DNA of 64,000 nucleotides from Lingula anatina (taxonomy: Eukaryota; Animalia; Brachiopoda): contig CM120640.1 in the NCBI GenBank assembly GCA_051362555.1, positions 33,003,967-33,067,966 of the forward strand. Reading direction: 5' to 3'. The position numbers were made by a program, and so were the translations under genes. Each line of letters begins with the position of its first letter. Position 1 is the first letter of the stretch. Below, one piece after another: positions 38,175-49,800 of this stretch. Below the pieces are notes generated by a model. That model ran no database searches. It saw only the letters and a program-made list of their open reading frames with translations, and was not told where the DNA came from.

Positions 38175-39575
38175 TAAATAATCATTATGAAGTATTATAA
38201 AAGACACTTGTCCTTGGAAATACATTTGGGTAAAATGCTTTGAAAGAATAAGATGAACATGAATGAAAGATACGGGTAAAGTATCGAAAAGACCCGTTTC
38301 AGAGCGCTCCGCGCTATATTTCTCTTAAGGGGCCGGGGTTCGATAGGATATATATATGTTAGGATATATATTCCCTGGTCGCTTATACAATGCAGAAATA
38401 AACATGGTCCTGTAATGAGATAATGCTGTCACATCAAAAACGCATCGGGGTGAACAGCAGCTAGCGTACTGGGGGAGAAAACTGTAATATCGATTTCAAA
38501 TAGATCTACCTCCCGTGAACAGCTATCAGCACCGTTTTTAAAAAATTTTTGAAGGCTTGTTTCTGTTTCGGTAAAGGGGCAAAATAATACCTTTGTTTCA
38601 TATAACATGTTTATAACAGAATCATATCCCCTAAGTAAAAAATATAAAGCCAAACATTGGCACCGGTTTGTAGTTCACGCAACATTCGTCACCCGTGTCA
38701 ATATTCATGAAAATATCTCACCTACTAATAGAGGTACGTCGGTAACTGATCACTTTCTTATAATTTACAAAGCAGTTAAATTGCCGATAAATAATTGCAG
38801 TAAGATAGATATTTTACGGGTTGGCTTTACATAAGAAACGAAAAAAAAAACCACTATTTTACCAATTGTAGGCTTTCATAATGTATCGAACCCTCTAAAC
38901 AATTCATTGTTTAATACCAAAGCTTTCTAAAGAATTGAATTAAAGCAAATCTTAAACCTCGACATCAAATATTATAATTTCACTTCTTACCAGTAGGAGT
39001 GAGCCTGAAACACCTTCCACATTTTCTACCACACCATAATGGACCGGGGCTTTCATCGTTATAGAAAGCCTCATTCGGAGCGGTGGTGAAGCCGTTCAGG
39101 TTCCACGAGAATCCGGTGCCTGATCCGGTTCCCGTACCGCACCCGCAGGCACCCTTTGTTTTGTCGGTGTAGCGAGTGGTAGAGGCGCAGGGCTTATTGC
39201 GAAATTTTCTTGGGGATCCGCTGCATTTTTGGTCGGCTGTGACAGCAGCTACAACTGAAATAAAAGAAAATCTTTTATTCCACTTTGTTTCTTTACCTTG
39301 TGATCTATTCTAGATTTAAGGATAAAATAATCTTATACATGCTCTGAATTCAGCTTAAGGTCCAAGTGCTGTATATGAAAATTGAAATTAATAATGCTAA
39401 TTTTGATAAATATGATAATAAAGCTAAATTTAAATTAGATGATCAAAAATAATGTGATATAGGCACCTATTTGTTTACTACGATTGATTACGCTAAATAA
39501 AATTAAAGATATTAAAATTAAGCATATAAATGACCCACCCAGCAGAACTAAGAATAAACAAAAAAGCTTGATCAT
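37668..39575 (-). CDS. Secreted endo-beta-1,4-glucanase, GH45 subfamily B (molluscan Cel45A-like)
   Basis: Exons 39575-39539, 39254-38991 and 37999-37668 (phase 1/1). Signal peptide MIKLFCLFLVLLVVAAVTA. Mature protein DQKCSGSPRKFRNKPCASTTRYTD..KGACGCG..WCGRKCGRCFRLTPTGGFVPGQGG..MVTNVCP..NMQWC..NQYGYATHFDIED..GWNNPEVTWEE..YKQCQC. Both expected Asp residues (YTD, HFD) are present. Confidence 0.95.
38110..38172. repeat. (TA)n microsatellite
   Basis: TA run following poly(A). Confidence 0.95.
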
Positions 39576-39846
39576 CGTTGTGCTAGGAGAATCCTTTCCG
39601 CCAGGGAAACGAGGGCTATCTAAAACGTTTCGTCTGTGAACCTTAATTAATAGGGTGATGCAGCGTCCACATTGGCCTGATTCACACTGATTACATCAAA
39701 CCCTGGTGATTTGAGATAAGCTTTATTTGTTGTTCAGATTGATTATAAACTACTTGCAGCTGTATCATATAAACCCATCCCTCATGTATTGCTTACGATT
39801 TGGATCCAGATCAATATTTACCCTTTCAATTTGATAATGTTGCGCT

Positions 39847-39847
<1 letters not shown>

Positions 39848-39877
<30 letters not shown>
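39848..39877. repeat. poly(T) run
   Basis: About 30 consecutive T. Confidence 0.9.
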
Positions 39878-40782
39878 GTAGGTTCATTAGAATTTTTAAA
39901 GTATTTTATACGGGATTTTCCTGCCCAATTAAATTGAATTTTCCGAGGAAAAATATTTTACACACGATCCTTGTTATACCCATCCCTGCGCTTAGATTCG
40001 ACGCCTTATACCAGCTCTAATTTGAATCAAAAATAATTCTTTTCTAAATGACTGGCCTATCTTTGGAGATCATGGGTTTGATAGTTTGCAAGGTCTGAAT
40101 TGGGAAAATTATGTAAAAGATACGTTAACTTAGAATATACTGTCAGACTTAAACAACCAGTTATAAAGTTTTTAAATAAAAAATAAAAGCGACAAATTAT
40201 AAACCAATAAGAAGCCGCTAAACGCTACCCGGCGTGCCTTGTCTATTATGCAAGGATTTTATTATTAGTCATTAGTACCATACCAGTGATGATATACGCG
40301 TGGTGCTTACAATGATATCAAATCTCTGTAATCAGGTTTATCTACTGATGTGATACTATAACAACAGAATTTTCAGCCTCATGACATTTAAACCATACAA
40401 TTATCAAAACATCTGAGTGTCGAACTCGAGAGAGTTATAGATAATTTATTTTTTCAACATGACATCACAACCTAACATTATCAGTTACCTATCCTTTTAC
40501 CATCGCAAATATGCTTATCATAAAAACCAATGAATAGGCAATTATCAAGCTGTAATGAGTAACTCTGACATGATGTGTAATGATTATGTGACATTTGGAT
40601 GATATCTGAACTGATAATCCATTGAAATCGGCTTTCGATAGAAACGCAATCAAAATGATTTTGAAATGACGTGTCTATACAATAATTATAGGGATCCCGC
40701 ACAGATAGCATCCAATTATCAACATGCCAATTTAAAGACCATATAAATAATTTCTAGAGATCCCGAGTTTTCACTATTTTCA

Positions 40783-41042
40783 CTATTTAGAGGGGGTCAG
40801 GGGGGTCCTGACCCCCCCCCCCCTTCGGTTTCTGAAAAATATATCACACCAATATCCCCCTTTTGAAATAAAAAATTTGACCAGCTGAATCATAGTTCTA
40901 AACCGTTTGCCCTCCAAAACACCAAAAATTTTTGGGGCCCTTAAGCAGGCCTCGAACCCCACGCCTAGGGGGGCGATGGTCAGCTTCGCGTTCGAGGCCT
41001 GTCGTTCCGGACCACCCTTCAAATAATCCTGGATCCGCCCTG
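40783..41042 (-). mobile_element. MITE of the CAGGG(G)CGGATCC family, second TIR degraded
   Basis: cctggatccgccctg ends at 41042. Homologous to 18841-19070. Confidence 0.75.
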
Positions 41043-41724
41043 AAACCCATCAATTTAGGAAATTTATCTTTAATAAGAATATAAATATCATCTATATATA
41101 ATAAGTATCAGCTAAAATATATGTTTTCATAGTTTTTGTCCATTGAGAGTAAGGGGTAGAAGTAGGGGAATGAGCAGACCTTCAATTACCCATTTTTCAC
41201 AATCCCCCGTTATTTGCCATAGATTGACATCACTAAATAGGCTTTATCTTTAAGTAGAAAAACCACCTATTCTACGCACATCGCACCATTGAAATCGAAA
41301 ATTAATTAACTGTACATGTTTCATCAACTGTTGTTTCTTTAGGTACAATACTTAATTTCTCAGATCATTGGCCTTACCTCCATTTTCAGAGGGGGGAGGG
41401 GGGGGGGGGCACCACCTGTAACTCTCTGCCGTCTATCCATGGCCTGGCCACCATATCCCACGATGTAACCGCCTTGTTTTCTTGCTGCATATCTCTAGCG
41501 GGTATTGAACAGGTAGTGTAAGTATCGTTTACATTGAATTCCATGCTGTAAAAATGAAAACTCCACGCCAGTCAGAAAAAATATGCTTCGTTTAAGCTGT
41601 GTAATATCATGTTAAGGTTATTTCATCATTTTAGTTTTCTACTTTTAACTTCTCACCCCAACCCCTGAACCCGTTAAGTCCATCTTCAGCTAAATGTATA
41701 TATATATATATATTTTTTTTGGTT

Positions 41725-42800
41725 ATTAGAGACCGCTCGGCCTACTTACATCACACCAGCTTTCACCCTTCACACATCAAAAAATCCATTGTATTTAGCC
41801 AGACCTTAAGATGTAATAGAATCAACTCGGAACCCGAAAAGAAGAGTGAACAGCTTACAGATTTGCAAAAGCTTTTTGAAAGACGGCAGTATGACACACA
41901 AATGATCAAAGAAACCATGGAAAAAGCTAATAGAATCCCAAGAAAAGATCTTCTCCAATACCAAAGAAAGGACACCCACGAAAGGGTCCCTTTAGTAGTT
42001 ACCTTTAATCCCGCCCTTTACCACCTTAAAAGGATAGCGCGGGATTTGCAGCATATATTTGACTCCTACACTCCGCTCAAAGACATATTTCCATCTCCAC
42101 CTATCGTCTCTTTCAGACAGCCCCCTAATCTGAAAACACTCCTGGTTAACAATAACAGCCTTGGCGTCACGGGCACATTTCTTTGCAACAACAGAAGGTG
42201 CCTTCTCTGCCCGTGCATCATTAACAACCCCATCATCATTCCGGGAGGCAAGACACTCATCCCTAGGGGAAAATACACTTGCGACTCTCAGAACGTCATC
42301 TACTTGATAAGATGTAAAAAATGCCATCAAATGTACGTCGGAGAAACAAGCCAGAAATGAAAAGACAGAATTAGACACCACCGCTGCACTGTAAACAACA
42401 AAAACATCTTCGAACCAGTGGGACAGCACTTCAACACGCCGAACCACTCAGTTATTAATGACATCACTGTCACCGTCCTAAAAGGAAAGTTAAACGACAC
42501 TAGGCAAAGACGGATCGCCGAACAGAAATTTATAAGAACACTAGACACCTTGAATAATGGACTCAATAGGGACAATAGTTTTTTAATGAGTATTGATTTT
42601 TTTCTTTGTTACGTAATTTTGTCGTTGTTTACGTATAGCACGCTTTTGGGCCATCGCATGTCTTCAACACATCACCGACGTCACGTATCCTAGGAGTTTG
42701 TTTTTTTTTACTTTTTGTTCATAATCCCCGAAGAAGGCCCAGGGGTCGAAAGCTCGGATTGTATTTAACAACTATAATGTAGATCTTTCTAGGTGCATCA
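41725..42800 (+). mobile_element. 5'-truncated Penelope-like retroelement (RT C-terminal region, Cys-rich linker, GIY-YIG endonuclease, pLTR), inactive
   Basis: YLHHTSFHPSHIKKSIVFSQTLRCNRINS, RVPLVVTFNP, PPIVSFRQPPNLKTLLV, CNNRRCLLC, CDSQNVIYLIRCKKCHQMYVGET, one in-frame TGA (42358-42360), then VGQHFN..H..E..I..L.T...GLN in the same frame. Confidence 0.92.
42721..42762 (+). ncRNA. Minimal type I hammerhead ribozyme (Penelope-associated)
   Basis: Stem I ataatcc/ggattgt; core CCGAAGA plus an extra A; stem II ggcc/ggtc with a cagg loop; GAAA; palindromic AGCT stem III; predicted cleavage after UC (42755). Confidence 0.8.
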
Positions 42801-43199
42801 AATTATATACTTCTATTATTACCAAGATCTATACGGTGAATCAACATGAATCCTCAAAATGAAACAAGATATGAAATGAAAGTTTCTTCAAAGTGCATTG
42901 TGGATCAGTGTATATTGTGGAAAAGTGTTCCAGTGTACGCGGACAAGGTCGTTCAATGATGGCCTGGGGCAGGTTAGTAAACTTCAAGTGGATATCATGT
43001 CAACAAGATGCAAGGACACTGTCAATCATAATTAGGGGAGAGGCATGCGTGGTTTCCCTCCAAAAACTATTATAGCCTAACATTGATTCTTCCCTCCGAA
43101 GTAAATGTGTGATTTTTTCTTTTTAAACAAAAAAGTTAAGGTATGAAAACGCTGAATGTATTTCAAACGTAGGTGTATATACAATACAATAATGAAATC

Positions 43200-43800
43200 G
43201 GTGTCTCACTCTCACACGACACCCCCGCGTTCAAACTGACAGGATGCTGACGACAGCAACGCCCCCGGCCGACAATCTACGATTGGAAGTCTAAGAGCGG
43301 GAAATTGTGAACGTGTGATCACTTTACAGCACACAGAGCAGCGGGAAGGACACATTGCGTTGCACTCCAGAGGAGAACAAAGGACGCGAAATGTGAGACG
43401 CCAATGCATCGCACTTGAGGATAGTTTCTTTACTAGCACAAAACACCGAATGTTTTGTCTTTTTCCCCCGCTATGTGCTTCTGTGCATTCGACTCTTCAA
43501 TCCATGCGGACTCGTCACTCTGAGAAATGTACATCGAATAACCACCGCAGAAAAATTAATCGTAAATGGACTGAAATCCAAGCTACTGGCGATGGGTTAG
43601 TGCCACCATGTTCAATACTCTCTTTTCATTTCTGTCATATTCCTCGTACGCCTGTGTTTCTAGGTTGAACTTGATTGCACTTTAAGGCTAGAACCGAAAC
43701 CTTCACATGCCCGATTTAGGTCACGCTCGTCGAGTTTTGTTGTTGTGTTTATTTTTTAAGGCCGATGTCCGTTTTCTCTCAAGTGTGAGTAAGTGTTGTT
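43200..43800 (+). promoter_or_regulatory. CpG-rich promoter-like leader with splice-site-bounded segments upstream of the array
   Basis: Dense CpG, ATTGG (reverse CCAAT) at ~43282, E2F-like GCGGGAAA at ~43297, donor GTTAGT at 43596, acceptor TTTCTAG ending 43663, donors GTGAGT/GTAAGT at 43785/43789. Confidence 0.4.
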
Positions 43801-43814
43801 CCCTTTTTTGTACT

Positions 43815-46800
43815 GGGAGGGTAGGTGAATTGAAAAAGATCTAATCTCATTATCATTTTTTAAAGGACATAGAAGATGATGAGTAATTCTACCCATACAT
43901 TGACTTTAAACGTCGATAGAAGTTAAGATTAGTAAACTTTTTTTTTGGTGGGGGTGGGGACAGGGGAGAGGGTGAATTGAAAAATATCTAATCATTCTCA
44001 TTTCTTTTTACAGGACATAGAAGATGACAAGTGCCTACCATCGAACACAGACTACTCTTCAGATCAACAATTTAAGGTTAGTAAATTTGATTTTTTTGGA
44101 GGGGATAGAAAATTTTTTACAAAATCTGATCTAGTTTTATTTCTTTTTACAGGACATAGAAGATGATGAGCAACTCTAGAAGATTACAAGTGTCTACCAT
44201 CAAACATAGACTTCTCTTCGGATCAACAATTTAAGGTTAGTAAATTTGATTTTTTTGGAGGGGATAGAAAATTTTTTACAAAATCTGATCTAGTTTTATT
44301 TCTTTTTACAGGACATAGAAGATGATGAGCAACTCTAGAAGATTACAAGTGTCTACCATCAAACATAGACTACTCTTCGGATCAACAATTTAAGGTTAGT
44401 AAATTTTATTTTTTTGGAGGGGATAGAAATTTTTTAACAAAATCTGATCTAGTTTTATTTCTTTTTACAGGACATAGAAGATGATGAGCAACTCTAGAAG
44501 ATTACAAGTGTCTACCACCGAACATAGACTACTCTTCGAATCAACAATTTAAGGTTAGAAAATTTTATTTTTTTGGAGTTGATAGAAAAATTGCAAAAAT
44601 TCTAATCTAGTTTTATTTCTTTTTACTGGACATAGATGATGATTAGCAACTCTACCTAGACATTGACTTCACACGTCTATATAAGTTAAGGTTAATAAAT
44701 TTTTTTTTTGTTTGGGGGGGGAGACATAGGTAAATTGCAAAAAGATCTAATCTCTTTCTTATTTCTTTTTACAGGACATGGAAGATGACAAGTGCCTACC
44801 ATCCAACATAGACTACTCTTCGGATCAACAATTTATGGTTAGTAAATTTCATTTTTTTGAAGGGGATAAAAAAATTGAAAAAAAAATCTATTCTAGTTTT
44901 ATTTCTTATTACTGGACAAAGAATATAATGAGTAACTCTACCCAGACATTGACTTCACACATCTATATGAGTTAAGATTAATAAACTTAATTAATTCTTT
45001 TCGGGGGGGGGGGGGGGGGGGGGGTGTGTGTGCAGGGGACTGGGGGATGTAGGTAAATTGCAAAAAGATCTAATCTCATTCTTATTTCTTTTTACAGGAC
45101 ATGGAAGATGACTAGTGCCTACCATCAAACATAGACTACTCTACGGATCAACAATTTATGGTTAGTAAATTTCATTTTTTTTGGAGGGGATAGAAAAATT
45201 GAAAAAAATCTTGTCTTGTTTGATTACTTTTTATAGGACATAGAATATGATAAGAAACATTATCTAGACTTTGACTTCACATGTCGATATAAGTTGAGGT
45301 TAATAAACTCTTTTTTTGTTGGGGGGGGGGGAGGACGGGGGGCGGTGGGATGTAGGTAAATTGCAAAAAGATCTAATCTCTTTGTTATTTCTTTTTACAG
45401 GACATAGAAGATGAGAAGTGCCTACCATAGAACATAGAATATTCTTCTGATCAACAATTTAAGGTTAGTAAATTTCATTTTTTTGAAGGGGATAAAAAAA
45501 TTGAAAAAAAAATCTATTCTAGTTTTATTTCTTATTACTGGACAAAGAATATAATGAGTAACTCTACCCAGACATTGACTGCACACGTCTATATAAGTTA
45601 AGGTTAATAAACTTTATTATTTCTTTTTGGGTAGGGGTGCGCAGGGGACTGGGGGATGTAGTTAAATTTAAAAAGATCTAATATCATTCTTATTTCTTTT
45701 TACAGGACATGGAAGATGACAAGTGCCTACCATCGAACATAGACCACTCTTCGGATCATCAATTTAAGGTTAGTAAATTTTATTTTTTTGGAGGGGATAG
45801 AAAAATTTTTACAAAATCTAATGTAGTTTTATTTCTTTTTATGGGACATAGAATATGATAAGTAACATTACCTATACATTGACTTCACAGGTCGATATAA
45901 GTTGAGGTTAATAAACTTTCTTTTTTTGTTGGGGGGGGGGGGAGGGTGAGGAAGGGGGGCGGTGGACGGGGGGGGGGGGATGTAGGTAAATAGCAAAAAG
46001 ATCTAATCTCTTTCTTATTTCTTTTTACAGGACATAGAAGATGACAAGTACCTACCATTGGACATAGACTATTCTTCGGATCAACAATTTAAGGTTAGTA
46101 AATTTTATATTTTGGAGAGGATAAAAAATTTTTTACAAAATCTGATTTAGTTTTATTTCATTTTACAGGACATAGAAGATGATGAGGAACTCTAGAAGAT
46201 GACAAGTGTCTACCACCGAACATAGACTACTCTTCAGATCAACAATTTAAGGTTAGAAAATTTTATTTTTTTGGAGTTGATAGAAAAATTGCAAAAATTC
46301 TAATCTAGTTTTATTTATTTTTACTGGACATAGATGATGATTAGCAACTCTACCTAGACATTGACTTCACACGTCTATATAAGTTAAGGTTAATAAACTT
46401 TTTTTTTGTTTGGGGGGGGGGGGGGGGGGAGACATAGGTAAATTGCAAAAAGATCTAATCTCTTTCTTATTTCTTTTTACAGGACATGGAAGATGACTAG
46501 TGCCTACCATGGAACATAGACTACTCTTTGGATCAACAATTTATGGTTAGTAAATTTTATTTTTTTGGAGGGGATAAAAAAATTGAAAAAAATCTATTCT
46601 AGTTTAATTTCTTATAACTGGACAAAGAATATAATGAGTAACTCTACCCAGACATTGACTTCACAGGTCGATATAAGTTAAAATTAATAAACTTTCATTT
46701 TATTTTGGGGGGGGGGGGGCGCAGGGGAATGGTTGATGTAGGTTAATTGCAAAAAGAGCTAATCTCATTCTTATTTCTTTTTACAGGACATAGAAGATGA

Positions 46801-49800
46801 CAAGTTCCTACCATCAAACATAGACTACTATTTGGATCAACAATTTCAGGTTAGTCAATTTTTTTTTTTGGAGGGGATAGAAAAATTGAAAAAAATCTAT
46901 TCTAGTTTTTTTTCTTTTTATGGGATATAGAATATGATAAGCAACATTACCCAAACATTGACTTCACAGGTCAATATAAGTTAAGATTAATAAACTTTCA
47001 TTTTATTTTGGGGGGGGGGGGGGGGTGGAGGGGGGGCGGTGGACGGGGGGGGGGATGTAGGTTAATAGAAAAAGATCTAATCTCTTTCTTATTTCTTTTT
47101 ACAGGACATAGAAGATGACAAGTTCCTACCATCAAACATAGACTACTCTTCGGATCAACAATTTATGGTTAGTAAATTTTATTTTTTTGGAGGGGATAAA
47201 AAAATTGAAAAAAATCTATTCTAGTTTTATTTCTTATTACTGGACAAAAATATAATGAGTAACTCTACCCAGACATTGACTTCACACGTCTATATAAGTT
47301 AAGATTAATAAACTTTATTAATTCTTTGGGGGGGGGGGCGGCACAGGGTACTGGGGGATGTAGGCAAATTGCAAAAAGACCTAATCTCATTCTTATTTCT
47401 TTTTACAGGACATGGAAGATGACTAGTGCTTACCATCAAACATAGACTACTCTACGGATCAACAATTTATGGTTAGTAAATTTTATTTTTTTGGAGGGGA
47501 TAGAAAAATTTTTACAAAATCTAATGTAGTTTTATTTCTTTTTATGGGATATAGAATATGATAAGTAACATTACCTATACATTGACTTCACATGTCGATA
47601 TAAGTTGAGGTTAATAAACTCTTTTTTTGTTGGGGGGGGGGGGGGGGTGAAGACGGGGGGCGGTGGACGGGGGGGGGGTGAGGTAGGTAAATAGCAAAAA
47701 GATCTAATCTCTTTCTTATTTCTTTTTACAGGATATAGAAGATGACAAGTACCTACCATCAGACATAGACTATTCTTCGGATCAACAATTTAAGGTTAGT
47801 AAATTTTATATTTTGGAGAGGATAAAAAATTTTTTACAAAATCTGATTTAGTTTTATTTCATTTTACAGGACATAGAAGATGATGAGGAACTCTAGAAGA
47901 TGACAAGTGTCTACCACCGAACATAGACTACTCTTCGGATCAACAATTTAAGGTTAGAAAATTTTATTTTTTTGGAGTTGATAGAAAAATTGCAAAAATT
48001 CTAATCTAGTTTTATTTTTTTTTACTGGACATAGATGATGATTAGCAACTCTACCTAGACATTGACTTCACACGTCTATATAAGTTAAGGTTAATAAACT
48101 TTTTTTTTGTTTGTGGGGGGGGGGGGGGGGGGAGACATAGGTAAATTGCAAAAAGATCTAATCTCTTTCTTATTTCTTTTTACAGGACATGGAAGATGAC
48201 AAGTGCCTACCATGGAACATAGACTACTCTTCGGATCAACAATTTATGGTTAGTAAATTTTATTTTTTTGGAGGGGATAAAAAAATTGAAAAAAATCTAT
48301 TCTAGTTTAATTTCTTATAACTGGACAAAGAATATAATGAGTAACTCTACCCAGACATTGACTTCACACGTCTATATAAGTTAAGATTAATAAACTTTAT
48401 TAATTCTTTTTTTTTTTGGGGGGGGGGGCGCAGGGGAATGGGGGATGTAGGCAAATTGTTAAAAGATCTAATCTCATTCTTATTTCTTTTTACAGGACAT
48501 GGAAGATGACTAGTGCTTACCATCAAACATAGACTACTCTACGGATCAACAATTTATGGTTAGTAAATTTCATTTTTTTTGGAGTGGATAGAAAAATTGA
48601 AAAAAATCTATTCTAGTTTTATTTCTTATTACTGGACAAAAGAAAAATTATTAACTCTACCCAGACATTGACTGCACATGTCTATATAAGTTAAGGTTAA
48701 TAAACTTTATTAATTCTTTTTTTTTTGGGGGGGGGGGGGGCACAGGGGACTGGGGGATGTAGGTAAATTGCAAAAAGATCTAATCTCATTCTTATTTCTT
48801 TTTACAGGACATGGAAGATGACTAGTGCTTACCATCAAACATAGACTACTCTACGGATCAACAATTTATGGTTAGTAAATTTTATTTTTTTGGAGGGGAT
48901 AGAAAAATTTTTACAAAATCTAATGTAGTTTTATTTCTTTTTATGGGACATAGAATATGATAAGTAACATTACCTATACATTGACTTCACAGGTCGATAT
49001 AAGTTAAGATTAATAAACTTTCATTTTATTTTTTTTTTGGGGGGGGGGGGGTGTGGACGGGGGGCGGTGGACGGGGGGGGGGGGGATGTAGGTAAATAGA
49101 AAAAGATCTCTTTCTTATTTCTTTTTACAGGACATAGAAGATGACAAGTACCTACCATTGGACATAGACTATTCTTCGGATCAACAATTTAAGGTTAGTA
49201 AATTTTATATTTTGGAGAGGATAAAAATTTTTTTACAAAATCTGATCTAGTTTTATTTCATTTTACAGGACATAGAAGATGATGAGGAACTCTAGAAGAT
49301 GACAAGTGTCTACCACCGAACATAGACTACTCTTCGGATCAACAATTTAAGGTTAGAAAATTTTATTTTTTTGGAGTTGATAGAAAAATTGCAAAAATTC
49401 TAATCTAGTTTTATTTCTTTTTACTGGACATAGATGATGATTAGCAACTCTACCTAGACATTAACTTCACACGTCTATATAAGTTAAATTTAATAAACTT
49501 TTTTTTTGTTTGGGGGGGGGGGGGAGACATAGGTAAATTGCAAAAAGATCTAATCTCTTTCTTATTTCTTTTTACAGGACATGGAAGATGACAAGTGCCT
49601 ACCATGGAACATAGACTACTCTTTGGATCAACAATTTATGGTTAGTAAATTTTATTTTTTTGGAGTGGATAAAAAAATTGAAAAAAATCTATTTTAGTTT
49701 TATTTCTTATTACTGGACAAAAATATAATGAGTAACTCTACCCAGACATTGACTTCACACGTCTATATAAGTTAAGATTAATAAACTTTATTAATTCTTT

